DNA of 64,000 bases from Eubacteriales bacterium (GTDB lineage: Bacteria > Bacillota > Clostridia > Oscillospirales > CAG-272): positions 18,727 through 82,726 of the forward strand of contig JAZQKI010000023.1 in the NCBI GenBank assembly GCA_045542075.1, read 5' to 3'. Position numbers and translations under genes: made by a program. Below, piece by piece: positions 1-10,162 of this stretch (positions are counted from its first letter, which is position 1; each line of letters starts with the position of its first letter). The notes beneath the pieces are model-generated. The model had not been told where the DNA came from. It did no database searches and saw only the letters and a program-made list of their open reading frames with translations.

Positions 1-1
1 C

Positions 2-433
2 CTCCCTGAATTTGCCAAAGCCGCACAAAGCTATTCGCTCGAGATACGCGGCTGCGAGCGCACGCGCAACATTCTCCCTACAGCTAAAGCCGCCACCGAG
101 GAGGATTTTGAGACGGAATACTACGACCTCATTATCGCGGTCAAAATAGTTGACTCAGTGGACGAGGCGATAGCGCACATAAACAAATACAACACAGGTC
201 ACAGTGAGGCAATAATCACAAATTCGCAGTCAAACGCAAACAAATTCCGCAAATACGTTGACGCGGCGGCAGTATATGTGAACGCCTCCACTCGCTTTAC
301 CGACGGCGGAGAGTTTGGATTTGGAGCAGAGATAGGCATATCCACGCAAAAGCTCCACGCCCGCGGACCTATGGGCCTTAAGGCTCTGACCACGCAGAAA
401 TATCTCATAAACGGCAACGGACAGATAAGATAA
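2..433 (+). CDS. proA: Gamma-glutamyl phosphate reductase, 3' part (truncated by window start)
   Basis: The frame is open from position 2. Motifs [51 protein letters not shown]. Confidence 0.97.
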   Translation, partial: LPEFAKAAQSYSLEIRGCERTRNILPTAKAATEEDFETEYYDLIIAVKIVDSVDEAIAHINKYNTGHSEAIITNSQSNANKFRKYVDAAAVYVNASTRFTDGGEFGFGAEIGISTQKLHARGPMGLKALTTQKYLINGNGQIR

Positions 434-446
434 AGGCGGTAATTTT

Positions 447-995
447 ATGAAACTACTAATAGCATCCGACATACACGGCGACGCGATATGCTGCCGAAAA
501 ATCCTTGATGAGGCAAACGCTCGCGGCGTTGACAAAATAGTATTGCTCGGCGATATCCTCTACCACGGCCCGAGAAATGACCTGCCCGAAGGCTATGCTC
601 CGAAAAAGGTTATTGAAATGCTCAATCAGAATTCCAAAAAGCTCTTGTGCATCAAGGGAAACTGCGAGGCAGAGGTTGATGGGATGGTGCTTGATTTTCC
701 CATTCTTTCCGACTTCGGTTGGATATACGACGCCGAGAAAAACATATCCATGTATCTCTCCCACGGGCACAAATATAATCCCGAAAACCTCCCTCCTCTG
801 CCCGAAAATACAGTCCTTCTTTACGGCCACACGCACCTCTATGGCTTTTGTGAGCGCGATGGCATTCTCTGTCTCAATCCCGGCTCGGTAAGTCTGCCAA
901 AGGGAGGCAATCCAAAATCTTATGCGATCTATGAAAACGGAGAGTTTTGCATATTCTCGCTTGATGGCGCACTCATTGATATCCAAAAGCTATAA
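447..995 (+). CDS. yfcE: YfcE/MJ0936-family metallophosphoesterase (phosphodiesterase)
   Basis: Calcineurin-like motifs SDIHG, GDILYHGPRN, GNC, HGH, GHTH, NPGS. Confidence 0.9.
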   Translation: MKLLIASDIHGDAICCRKILDEANARGVDKIVLLGDILYHGPRNDLPEGYAPKKVIEMLNQNSKKLLCIKGNCEAEVDGMVLDFPILSDFGWIYDAEKNISMYLSHGHKYNPENLPPLPENTVLLYGHTHLYGFCERDGILCLNPGSVSLPKGGNPKSYAIYENGEFCIFSLDGALIDIQKL

Positions 996-1024
996 AAAAT
1001 TTAGGGTTTATCCCTGTTGCCCTA

Positions 1025-1053
1025 TTGACAATTTTTTTCTGCCGTGATATAAT
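1025..1053 (+). promoter_or_regulatory. SigA-type promoter of efp
   Basis: TTGACA-17-TATAAT with TG extension. Confidence 0.8.
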
Positions 1054-1108
1054 GAAATGTAAATATATATGTAAAAACACAAGTATCTAATTTTGGAGGT
1101 ATAAAACA

Positions 1109-1666
1109 ATGGTAGTAGCCGGCGATTTTAAGAATGGCATTACATTTGAAATGGAAGGTAACGTATTCCAGGTTATCGAGTTCCAGCACGTTAAGCCCGG
1201 TAAGGGTGCCGCTTTCGTTCGTACGAAGCTTAAGAACGTAATCACAGGTGCGGTTGTTGAAAAGACATTCAGCCCCACAGACAAGTATGAAAACGCATAT
1301 ATCGAAAGAAAGGACATGCAGTACTCCTACACTGACGGTGACCTTTACTACTTCATGGATATGGAGACCTTCGATATGCTTCCCCTTAACAGAGACAAGC
1401 TCGGCGATGCTTTCAAGTTCGTTAAGGAAGAAATGATGTGCAAGATCATCTCCTACAAGGGCAACGTATTCGGAGTTGAGCCTCCCACATTCGTTGAGCT
1501 TGAGGTTACAGAGACAGACCCCGGCTTTGCAGGCAACACAGCTACAAACACACTTAAGCCCGCAACTCTTGAGACAGGCGCAGTAATCAAGGTTCCGCTC
1601 TTCATCAACGTTGGTGACGTTCTCAAGATCGATACCCGCGACGGTCAGTATCTCTCCAGAGCTTAA
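1109..1666 (+). CDS. efp: Elongation factor P
   Basis: [39 protein letters not shown]. Confidence 0.99.
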   Translation: MVVAGDFKNGITFEMEGNVFQVIEFQHVKPGKGAAFVRTKLKNVITGAVVEKTFSPTDKYENAYIERKDMQYSYTDGDLYYFMDMETFDMLPLNRDKLGDAFKFVKEEMMCKIISYKGNVFGVEPPTFVELEVTETDPGFAGNTATNTLKPATLETGAVIKVPLFINVGDVLKIDTRDGQYLSRA

Positions 1667-1756
1667 TTTTAGGCAAATAAAAGCTGAAAAACTCGGGAAA
1701 TCCAATTTATATGCGGATTTCCCGTTTTCAAAATAAAAAAAGGAAGGTATAAAAAA

Positions 1757-2233
1757 ATGACACTTACAGAAAGATGCGCTTATATAAAGGGTCTTGCAGA
1801 GGGTCTTGATCTTGATAAGAAGGACACTGCTGAAGCAAAACTCATCAAGGCTTTAATTGAGCTTTGCACGGAAATGGCAGAGGAGATCGACGACGTTGAG
1901 TACGATATCGCTGAGCTTGCGGATTACTGCGAGGAGCTTGATGAGGATCTTGGCGACGTTGAGGAGGTTCTTCTCGACCTCGACGACGAGGATGACGATT
2001 GGGACGAGTGCGACGGCGACTGCGAGAGCTGCGACCTCTGCGACGAGTGCGAGGATTGCGACGACTGCGAGCTTTACGAGGACGAGGAATACTACGAGAT
2101 AGTTTGCCCCTCCTGCGGCGAGACTGTTTGCTTTGACGACTCCGTAAACGCTGAGGAGCTTATGTGCCCCGCTTGCGGCGCAACTCTTGGCTGCATCGTT
2201 GAGGACGACGACGTAACACCCGTTGAGGAATAA
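1757..2233 (+). CDS. CD1247-like acidic protein with C-terminal Zn ribbon
   Basis: N-terminal AYIKGLAEGL, CPSCG/CPACG knuckles, usual position downstream of efp in Clostridia. Confidence 0.8.
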   Translation: MTLTERCAYIKGLAEGLDLDKKDTAEAKLIKALIELCTEMAEEIDDVEYDIAELADYCEELDEDLGDVEEVLLDLDDEDDDWDECDGDCESCDLCDECEDCDDCELYEDEEYYEIVCPSCGETVCFDDSVNAEELMCPACGATLGCIVEDDDVTPVEE

Positions 2234-2250
2234 GATTTAAGAAGATAAGA

Positions 2251-2304
2251 TGCGGGGGAACTTTTTTGAAAAAAAGATTCCCCCGCACCCCTTCAAAAAA
2301 CCTT
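2251..2304 (+). repeat. REP-like element family A, copy 1
   Basis: TGCGGGGGAAC-T6-G-A7-GATTCCCCCGCA hairpin plus CCCCTTCAAAAAACCTT tail. Related copies lie at about 11.9k, 14.5k and 29.7k. Confidence 0.75.
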
Positions 2305-2330
2305 CGCGGAAAATTTATTTTGGGTAATAT

Positions 2331-2379
2331 AAAAGCCCTCTTGTGTGAGCAACCTGTTCATGCAAGAGGGCTTTTTTTT
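2331..2379. terminator. Long hairpin terminator between convergent genes
   Basis: AAAAGCCCTCTTG...CAAGAGGGC followed by a T run. A second hairpin GCACGCGCC-CGAA-GGCGCGTGC lies at about 2399-2420. Confidence 0.75.
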
Positions 2380-2439
2380 GTATTATATTGTTAAAAAAGC
2401 ACGCGCCCGAAGGCGCGTGCTAAATTGTAAATAATCAAA

Positions 2440-5400
2440 TTACTTAAGAATGGTTACATCAATGCTTGCAACTCTTATCTGAGCACCTACTGCATCAATC
2501 TTGATGTACTTATATCCAAGTGTTTCATCAACATCAAGAGTGTAATCAAGATAGGAGGTGGATGTTGTTGCAACTTTCGAAATGAGAGTCCATGTTACAC
2601 CGTCAGTAGAACCATAAACCTCAAGGGTTGCCTTCTTATAACCCATATTGAACTTAAGCTCCGAAACAACACCTGTAGAGGTAATTACAGCGTAGCCATT
2701 ATTGCTGCTGCTATCGTATATACGAAGCTGGGTATTGAAATGACAACCTTCATTATGCGTGCTTACCGAAATGTCTTCGCCAAATGTCTTTGTTTCATCA
2801 ACATACTGGGTTCCGGATACTGTGCTAAAATCAACCTTGATTGTTTCCTGTCCAGCAACGGGCTCTTTGCTTCCGCATACTGTGCAAACGCCACCTTCGT
2901 ATGTGTGATTATCACCATGAACAACATCAATTACCGCAGTTGCGCCCTGGGCAATCTGCTTATCACCGTTGTAGGAACCTACAACGCCCTTAATGGTAAT
3001 AGTATCTCCAAGACCAACCTGAGTGCCAAGTCTGAAAACATAAATTGTATTGCCGTTTTCATCCTTAATTGTAACCGACATATTTTTATATTTCGTGTTC
3101 CAAGCTTCTGTGCTAATTACAACACCGGTAATCTGAACCTTTGCTCCGTCAGCCTTTGCAAGAGCCTCGGGAATTGTTACTACAAAGTAGTGATTGGGGT
3201 CGATTGCGCCACATACTGTGCAAATACCTGTGTCATAGTCATGAGTGATTGTACGGGTTTTTCCGCAATCGCACTTTGTGTCACAAGCGTTTTCCCACAG
3301 GTGAGGAGCTACGCGACCTGCATCACACTCGTCACACTTCTCATCACATTCGTCGCTGTAAACGTGATCGGAGGGTGTACGTGTGTAGAAGCAAACGTTA
3401 CATACGGGGTCACAGTTGTTATCGTATGTATGCTCCTGACATACAGGAAGGCCGTTGCCTTCCTTTATGTCATTGAGCTTCTTCTCAGCATTTGTACCGA
3501 TCTGAGCAATGTATGCAAGGTTCTCTGCGCCTGCAACGGAGATCTCTCTGCGAGCCTCGTTGAGGTATGTCGCCATAATAGCGAGAACTTCTTCATCGGA
3601 AACGCCGTTGATGGTCTCAACGTATGCGTTGTAAACCTTCAATGCAGCCTCATACTTAGTAACGTAAAGCTCAGAGTTAGCTGCTGTTACCTTTGCAAGC
3701 TCTTCCTCAGAGATGCAATTTCTGTTGCCATCGTTATCTGTGTTGAACTTAGCGATTGCATCAGTGATATCCTTAACTGCTGCAACATATGCGTCCTTAG
3801 CATCTACATCTGCAAAGTAAGGAGCTGCGATATCATCGCCCATTGTAGGAATTACAAGAGCATTGATAAGATTCTTAATGTTTTCAACCTGTGCTGCGAG
3901 GTCAACAAGCTTATCCTCAGCTGCAACGAGTGCTGTATCGTCGATAGCTACTGCCTTGCCAAACTCTGCTACGAAATCAATTGCGTTTTCAGCAACTGTC
4001 TGCTCCCAAGCCTCAACTGCTTCTCTGAGAGCCTTAACTGCTGCAGCAGAATCTGTTGTAACAAATCCGAGCTCATTGATAGCTGCCTGGAGCTCATCAG
4101 CCTCAGCTGCGAGCTGCTCAACGAGAGCCTTGCGATTTGCCTTGAGCTCTGCGAGCTTGTTCTCAAGTACTACGAGGTCTGCCTCATCGTCTGCTGTACC
4201 AACGTTTGCAACATTGTAATCAGCAGCGGTTGTACCGTACTTTGTGAACCACTCTCTTACTGCTGTAAGAGCTGTCTCTGTCCACTTAATGTTGTCAACC
4301 GTAAGATCCTGATAGTGGTCTGTATTGCAATCAGCCCAAGCTTCCTGCGCACCCTTTACGTATGCGTCATACTCAGTCTGGATTGTGGAAAGAACTGTGT
4401 TAAGGTTCTCGTTAGTGTATTCGCCGTTGGAAACGTAAGCGATAATGAAGCCTACACCGTCAGCGTCGGTTGCGTTCTGCTCCCAAGTTCTGTAAGCAGC
4501 CCATGCAGCCTCTATTTCCTTGATCAATCCGAAGCTGTAGCCGTTCTGCTCAACGTTAGCATTGATCTTCTTTATGTCTTCAATAACCTCTGTAGCCAAT
4601 CCTACGAGATGAGCGATCTTAGCCTCAAATGCTGCCTTGATCTCGTTGTACTTAGCCTCGTTGATGAGAGCTCTGATAGTGTTGTATGCTTCAGCGTTTG
4701 CTTCTTCAGAGAATCCAAGCTTATCAAGTCTCTCTACCCAAGCGGTAGCTGTTGTGTTGTACTTGTCAAGAACTACGTACTCAGCGTTTACACCCTCAAT
4801 GGTTGTAAATGCGTCGTTAACAAGAATGTTTGCAACGTCGCCTGCCTCAGCTACGAGAGCCGTGAGCTCAGCGTACTGTGCCTCAACCTTAACGAATGCG
4901 GTCTCTGCTGCTACGAGAGCTGCAACGACTTCGCTATCACCGTGAAGTGCCTCAGCATAGTTGCGGTTGTCGATCAAAGCGAGGTACTCTGCTCTGATAT
5001 CAGCGATGTTGGTTGTGCCTGCTGTAACCTCAGCGTAGATAGCTGCGAGGTTATCTATATAGCCGTTCATCTTAGCTGTGATCTGTGCAGCGTAGATGTC
5101 AACGCACTTTGCATAGTATGTAGCATATGTTTCAGCTACGAGAGCTTCGAGAGCTGCTACTGTTGCATCGTCCTTAACGTCAGCGATCTTGGACGCACCT
5201 GTAGCGATAAGCTCTTCTGCTGCACCAAGTGTAGCTGCATCTGTTGCTGCCTCAGTGCTTGCCTTAGCAAGACCCATGTATGTCTCAACGATGGATGCGC
5301 TTACCTTAACAGCCTTTGCAACGAGATCCTCTGTTTCACCACCGAGGTTCTTGATTACGTTGATTCTGCATTCCTCGCTGATAGCAACAGCGTTAACCTT

Positions 5401-7077
5401 GTCCTTAGCCATTGTAGAGTTGTTGCGGATGGTGTCTACTGCAGAACCTCTTACAACTGCCTCTGTAAGATCAAGAACTCTGTGTGCTACGAGTCTGAGA
5501 AGCTCGATGTGAGCTGCGTTGAACGCTGCTTCTTCTTCAGCTGCGAAAGGAATATCTTCGTCAGCGATGTACGCGTCGATAACCTTCTTTACTTCTGCGA
5601 TAGCTGCGTCATTTGCCTCAGCTGCTGTGGTATCCTCAGCTGCTGCGATATTTGTCTTAATTGCTTCAACAGCCGCGTTAAGAACCGCGATTCTCTCTGC
5701 GTTGTATGTCTTGCAATCTGCATCGTACTTGTCGGAAAGATCAACTACTGCACCGTCAACGAGCATTGTGTCGGTATTAACGGTTGCAAGGTAAGCTCTA
5801 ACCTCATCAAGGATAGCTCTTACTGCAGCAAGATCTGTATCTTCCTTAGCAAGCTCTGCCTCAGCAGCAACGAGCTTGTCGTAAGCTGCCTTGTGGCCCT
5901 CGTTGGTGGAGTTGATAGCAGCGTTAACTACCTCGAAGAAATCCTTCTTAATTGTATCAACTTCATCAGTTGTGAGTGCTCTGCCGAGAAGGATCTGAGC
6001 AAGACCGTATGCCTCGCTTACAGTTGCCTTAACCTCAGCGGTTGCGTTGTAATCAACGCTAAGCTCTACCCATGTGTTGTATGTAGCGAAGATCTCGCTC
6101 CATGCCTTGTCAACAGCCTCGGTTGCTGCGTTGTAATCATTAACCATCTGCTGAAGAACTGCGATCTTGTCAGCGAGTCCGGCATCAACGCCCTTAAGCT
6201 CGTCAAGGGTGGAGTTGATAAGGTCGATAGCTGCCTGAGCGCTCTCGATAGCCATCTCTGCCATATCGATATCCCATGCATTGCTGTCGATAAGCGCCTG
6301 GAGAGCTGCGTCTGAAAGCTCAACAACTTCAATAACAGCCTGAGTAGCGTCTGTGATTGCCTGCTCGAGCTCAGCCTTGTTAGCTGCGTTAGCATCTGCA
6401 AGCTCACCCTTAGCGATTGTCAATGCGTTTTCAAGAGCTACGAGAGACTCTGTGAGATCCTTCTTGTCAGCTGCGATGTCAGCCTTAAGATCTGCTACTG
6501 CAGAGTTTACGTACTCTGTGAGCTTCGAGATGTCTGCCTTAAGCAATGCAACAGCTGCCTCAAGCTCTGCCTTTGCTGCTGCAAGGGAAGACTCAAGAGC
6601 TGCCTTATCAGCAGCGCCTGCTGCCTTAAGAGCTGCTTCTGCATTCTCGATAGCTGCGTTAAGAGCTGCAACCTCAGCATTGATCTTTGCATCATTTGCT
6701 GTGATCTTGTCGCTAAGCTCCTTCTTAGTTGCATCAAGACTTGCTCTTACTGCGTTGATGGCATCATTGAGAGCCTTCTCTGCAGCTGCAAGGCTTGCTT
6801 CTGTAGCCGCGCCTGCGTCCTTTGCTGCCTTGACAGCTGCGTTTACAGCAGCGATCTCAGCCGCGCAGTCAGCCTCGTTTGCGGCGATCTTCGCTTCAAG
6901 AGCCTTAACAGCATCCTCAAGCGCCTTCGCGGCATCAGCCTTGTTAGCGGAAACCTCATCCTTTGTTGTGCCGAGGTCCGCGGCAACATCGTCAACCTTA
7001 CAGCCTGTCAAGCAGAATGCAAGAGCAAGCACGAGGGCAACGATGACCACCGAAATTTTCGCGAAATTACGGTTCAT
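2440..7077 (-). CDS. Large Ala-rich helical/coiled-coil lipoprotein with C-terminal His/Cys repeats, an OB-fold-like domain and a beta-rich tip domain (1545 aa)
   Basis: ATG 7077 follows GGAGG. Lipobox LTGC, about 1200 aa of A/E/K/L-rich helix, H-x-Y-D-x-x-C-D-x-x-C-x-x-C repeats, and an OB-like segment V.ITGVV...IKDE.G..IYVF...VGLGD.ITIKG. Confidence 0.85.
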   Translation of the reverse strand: MNRNFAKISVVIVALVLALAFCLTGCKVDDVAADLGTTKDEVSANKADAAKALEDAVKALEAKIAANEADCAAEIAAVNAAVKAAKDAGAATEASLAAAEKALNDAINAVRASLDATKKELSDKITANDAKINAEVAALNAAIENAEAALKAAGAADKAALESSLAAAKAELEAAVALLKADISKLTEYVNSAVADLKADIAADKKDLTESLVALENALTIAKGELADANAANKAELEQAITDATQAVIEVVELSDAALQALIDSNAWDIDMAEMAIESAQAAIDLINSTLDELKGVDAGLADKIAVLQQMVNDYNAATEAVDKAWSEIFATYNTWVELSVDYNATAEVKATVSEAYGLAQILLGRALTTDEVDTIKKDFFEVVNAAINSTNEGHKAAYDKLVAAEAELAKEDTDLAAVRAILDEVRAYLATVNTDTMLVDGAVVDLSDKYDADCKTYNAERIAVLNAAVEAIKTNIAAAEDTTAAEANDAAIAEVKKVIDAYIADEDIPFAAEEEAAFNAAHIELLRLVAHRVLDLTEAVVRGSAVDTIRNNSTMAKDKVNAVAISEECRINVIKNLGGETEDLVAKAVKVSASIVETYMGLAKASTEAATDAATLGAAEELIATGASKIADVKDDATVAALEALVAETYATYYAKCVDIYAAQITAKMNGYIDNLAAIYAEVTAGTTNIADIRAEYLALIDNRNYAEALHGDSEVVAALVAAETAFVKVEAQYAELTALVAEAGDVANILVNDAFTTIEGVNAEYVVLDKYNTTATAWVERLDKLGFSEEANAEAYNTIRALINEAKYNEIKAAFEAKIAHLVGLATEVIEDIKKINANVEQNGYSFGLIKEIEAAWAAYRTWEQNATDADGVGFIIAYVSNGEYTNENLNTVLSTIQTEYDAYVKGAQEAWADCNTDHYQDLTVDNIKWTETALTAVREWFTKYGTTAADYNVANVGTADDEADLVVLENKLAELKANRKALVEQLAAEADELQAAINELGFVTTDSAAAVKALREAVEAWEQTVAENAIDFVAEFGKAVAIDDTALVAAEDKLVDLAAQVENIKNLINALVIPTMGDDIAAPYFADVDAKDAYVAAVKDITDAIAKFNTDNDGNRNCISEEELAKVTAANSELYVTKYEAALKVYNAYVETINGVSDEEVLAIMATYLNEARREISVAGAENLAYIAQIGTNAEKKLNDIKEGNGLPVCQEHTYDNNCDPVCNVCFYTRTPSDHVYSDECDEKCDECDAGRVAPHLWENACDTKCDCGKTRTITHDYDTGICTVCGAIDPNHYFVVTIPEALAKADGAKVQITGVVISTEAWNTKYKNMSVTIKDENGNTIYVFRLGTQVGLGDTITIKGVVGSYNGDKQIAQGATAVIDVVHGDNHTYEGGVCTVCGSKEPVAGQETIKVDFSTVSGTQYVDETKTFGEDISVSTHNEGCHFNTQLRIYDSSSNNGYAVITSTGVVSELKFNMGYKKATLEVYGSTDGVTWTLISKVATTSTSYLDYTLDVDETLGYKYIKIDAVGAQIRVASIDVTILK

Positions 7078-7186
7078 AAATACCTCCATGTTTTTGTTTT
7101 TCGTTTTTCAAAAAACATTATTTTTTTCAAGTCATCTCTAAAATAGGGACAGTTAGCCCACTTTGAGAGATTTTACCTTATTTACA

Positions 7187-7215
7187 AGTATAGCACAAAG
7201 GATGTGACTTGTCAA
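7187..7215 (-). promoter_or_regulatory. SigA-type promoter of the large lipoprotein gene
   Basis: Minus strand TTGACA-17-TATACT with TG extension. The leader contains a hairpin ATCTCT...AGAGAT. Confidence 0.75.
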
Positions 7216-7302
7216 GCACTTAAATCACTTTTTTGCATTATTTTTGCTGAAATTTTTTCCTATAAATTATAATATATTCCAAAAAATCCATAAATTTTCG
7301 AC

Positions 7303-7333
7303 AAAAAAGCCCGCCGACGTCAGTCAGCGGGCT
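7303..7333 (-). terminator. Rho-independent terminator of ygiQ
   Basis: AGCCCGC.GAC...GTC.GCGGGCT stem with a U tract on the minus strand. Confidence 0.75.
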
Positions 7334-7342
7334 AAATCCCTT

Positions 7343-9331
7343 TTATCTTTTACGTTTTGCTTGACTTGATCTGGCTTTATTTTCGCGGTTTTTATCTCTC
7401 GCCTGAGCTTGTCCGCGCGCGCTTGCGGAGGCTGTGCGCCTGTTTTCGTCACGGTTGCCTCCCCGATTTTTTCCCGTCGACGGCTTTGATGTGCGGCGAT
7501 CGCGCAAGGGGGCGTCAGTTCCCCTTCCTTTTTCCTCGGGTCGGACCAGACAATCCTTTCCGTAACCGATGAGGTCCTCCCTGCCCGCGCGTCTCAGCGC
7601 CTCGCGCACAAGGGCGGCGTTCTGAGGGCGGTTATACTGCAAAAGCGCTCTCTGAAGCTGCTTTTCGTGGTAGTCGGAGGCAACGTAAACAGGCTTCATA
7701 TCGAGCGGGTTTATTCCCGTATAATACATGACCGTCGATGCCGTGCCCGGTGTGGGGTAGTAGTCCTGGACCTGCTCGGGCGCATAGTTGTCCCGCTTAA
7801 GACACACGGCAAGGTTTACCGCGTCCTGAAGGGTAGATCCGGGGTGGCTGGACATAAGATAAGGCACCAGATACTGCTCCTTACCCACATTTTTGCTCAG
7901 CTCAAAATATTTTTTGCGGAAGCCCTGATATACCTCAAAATCCGGCTTTCCCATACAGCGGAGAACAGGGCTTGAGCAATGCTCGGGAGCCACCTTGAGC
8001 TGTCCCGAAACGTTGTCGCGAACAAGCTTTTTGAAAAATTCGTCGCTCTTGTCGTACATCAGATAATCAAAGCGTATTCCCGAGCGTATAAACACCTTTT
8101 TTACCTTAGGCAGCTTCTCTATTTCTTCAATAAGTTTTATGTATTCCGTGTGATCCACCTTCAGATTTTTGCAGGGTGTCGGCGCAAGGCATTTTCTGCT
8201 CGGGCATACTCCGTCCTTAAGCTGCTTGTCGCAGGACGGATATCGGAAATTCGCCGTAGGACCGCCAACGTCATGTATATATCCCTTAAACGTAGGCATC
8301 TGCGTTATGAGCTTTGCCTCGTTGACGCAGGACTCAATACTGCGCGAACGCACCGTCCTTCCCTGATGGAACGCCAGGGCGCAGAAATTACAAGCGCCAA
8401 AGCACCCTCTGTTATGAGTTATCGAGAACTGCACCTCCTCGATCGCGGGAACTCCGCCATCCTTTTCATACATAGGATGATACGTCCTTGCATAGGGCAG
8501 ACTGTAAACGTGGTCAAGCTCCTCCCTTTCAAGCGGTGGCATCGGGGGATTCTGCACAAGCATCTTACGGTCATAGATCTCGCAAATTGCTTGTCCGTTA
8601 ATGGAATCCTGGTTTTTATATTGCATGCCAAAGGCGCGGGCATATTCCCGCTTGTCTTCCTTTAATATATTGTAATCAAACGTCGCCGCAACAGGGAAAT
8701 TGACCTTATCCTCGGGCGAGCAGAGGTAGACTGTACCCCGTACGTCGCGTATTTTCTTGACAGGAACCCCCTTGTCAAGCAGCTCGGCTATGCGGATCAG
8801 TATGTTTTCTCCCATTCCGTACGTCAGAATATCTGCGCGGCTGTCGACGAGCACAGAACGGCGCACCTTATCATCCCAATAATCATAGTGCGCAAAGCGA
8901 CGTAAAGACGCCTCAAGTCCGCCAAGAATTATCGGCACGTCACCGTATGCCTCGCGTATTCTGTTTGAATATACTATCACGGCTCGGTCGGGACGCTTCC
9001 CCGCTCTGCCGCCGGGGGAATAATAGTCGTTATTTCTTTTTCTTTTGGCAGCGGTGTAATGCGCAACCATGGAATCTATATTTCCCGCGCTCACAAGAAA
9101 GCCCAGACGGGGCCTTCCAAACCTCTTGAAGTCCTCACAGGACCTGTAGTCGGGCTGAGAGAGCATAGCCACACGAAAGCCTTTATCCTCAAGGACTCTC
9201 GTGATTATCGCCGCACCAAAGGTGGGGTGGTCAACATACGCGTCTCCGCTTACGTAAACAAAGTCGGGCGCGTCCCAGCCGCGCTCTCTCATCTCCTCTG
9301 CGCTTACGGGAAGAAATCTGTTATCCTTCAT
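7343..9331 (-). CDS. YgiQ/UPF0313-family radical SAM protein
   Basis: GDAYVDHPTFG, HNRGCFGACNFCAL, DVGGPTAN, LKVAPEH, SSHPGST. Basic C-terminal tail. Confidence 0.95.
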   Translation of the reverse strand: MKDNRFLPVSAEEMRERGWDAPDFVYVSGDAYVDHPTFGAAIITRVLEDKGFRVAMLSQPDYRSCEDFKRFGRPRLGFLVSAGNIDSMVAHYTAAKRKRNNDYYSPGGRAGKRPDRAVIVYSNRIREAYGDVPIILGGLEASLRRFAHYDYWDDKVRRSVLVDSRADILTYGMGENILIRIAELLDKGVPVKKIRDVRGTVYLCSPEDKVNFPVAATFDYNILKEDKREYARAFGMQYKNQDSINGQAICEIYDRKMLVQNPPMPPLEREELDHVYSLPYARTYHPMYEKDGGVPAIEEVQFSITHNRGCFGACNFCALAFHQGRTVRSRSIESCVNEAKLITQMPTFKGYIHDVGGPTANFRYPSCDKQLKDGVCPSRKCLAPTPCKNLKVDHTEYIKLIEEIEKLPKVKKVFIRSGIRFDYLMYDKSDEFFKKLVRDNVSGQLKVAPEHCSSPVLRCMGKPDFEVYQGFRKKYFELSKNVGKEQYLVPYLMSSHPGSTLQDAVNLAVCLKRDNYAPEQVQDYYPTPGTASTVMYYTGINPLDMKPVYVASDYHEKQLQRALLQYNRPQNAALVREALRRAGREDLIGYGKDCLVRPEEKGRGTDAPLRDRRTSKPSTGKNRGGNRDENRRTASASARGQAQARDKNRENKARSSQAKRKR

Positions 9332-9351
9332 TTTTTCTCCAATAAATTTGC

Positions 9352-9441
9352 CTATTTTTTGGTCTTTTCTTTTTTGATCTTAAAAATTTTTCGCAGTATG
9401 GGCGAAACTATACTCGGCGCGCGGACAAGAACTATCTTCAT
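9352..9441 (-). CDS. spoVM: SpoVM-family small amphipathic sporulation protein (29 aa; absent from the ORF track)
   Basis: GGAGG RBS, then MKIVLVRAPSIVSPILRKIFKIKKEKTKK. It has Pro9 and sits directly after thiN, as in Bacillus. Confidence 0.8.
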   Translation of the reverse strand: MKIVLVRAPSIVSPILRKIFKIKKEKTKK

Positions 9442-9531
9442 ACTATACCTCCACAGCAGTTCTATTCATAGATATATTATGCTAAAGGATGTATTTTTGT
9501 TAAATGCCGCGAAAATATATAACTTTTACCC

Positions 9532-10158
9532 TCAAATATCCCTTGATTCTATAATAAAAAGTCCGCCTTTTTTGACCGTGACGAGCGCCGCGTTGCCCTC
9601 TATCTGATTTGACACCGCATACTGAAGCTTTCTGTCAAGAGTCTTGTTTTTCAAAGGGTATATCGCGCCCTCAATGCTCACTCCCTTCGCAACGTCCGTC
9701 GCGATAAGAGAAAAATACTTATAATCGCTCCTCAAAACTATGTGATTGGTGTTTTTTATATATGAAACCCTGTTCTGACCGCTGATTATATAGCCACGCT
9801 TGTGTCTTTCCCAAAGATTTTCAAGGATCGCAAGGGTGGAAAGCGTGTGGTCAAGCCTTCCGGACGTTGACCCTATGATAAATATCTCGCACGCGCCCAT
9901 CTCGACCGCCTTTTCAACGGCGAGCTGTGTGTCGGTCAGATCCTTTTTCACAGGAACCTGCAATATCTCGGGCACGTCCTTGGGCAGACCTCCCTTGAGC
10001 GAGTCAAAATCTCCTATCAGAAGATCGACCTTGACGCCCATTTTCACTGCGCTTTCATATCCCGAGTCCGCCGCGATTACTATATCCTCACCCTCGGGTC
10101 TTTCGGTTATGTACTGCGGAAATATCTCTCCGCCCGTGTAAACGAATGCTCTTTTCAT
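9532..10158 (-). CDS. thiN: Thiamine diphosphokinase
   Basis: IAADSG, IGDFDS, KDLTDTQLA, GRLDH, VSN motifs. Confidence 0.95.
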   Translation of the reverse strand: MKRAFVYTGGEIFPQYITERPEGEDIVIAADSGYESAVKMGVKVDLLIGDFDSLKGGLPKDVPEILQVPVKKDLTDTQLAVEKAVEMGACEIFIIGSTSGRLDHTLSTLAILENLWERHKRGYIISGQNRVSYIKNTNHIVLRSDYKYFSLIATDVAKGVSIEGAIYPLKNKTLDRKLQYAVSNQIEGNAALVTVKKGGLFIIESRDI

Positions 10159-10162
10159 ATTA

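Noticed and set aside
2740-6315. 1191-aa plus-strand ORF
   Set aside because: Antisense shadow of the lipoprotein gene. Avoidance of TTA/CTA/TCA codons removes stops on the opposite strand; the product is C/S/L-rich with no RBS or motifs.
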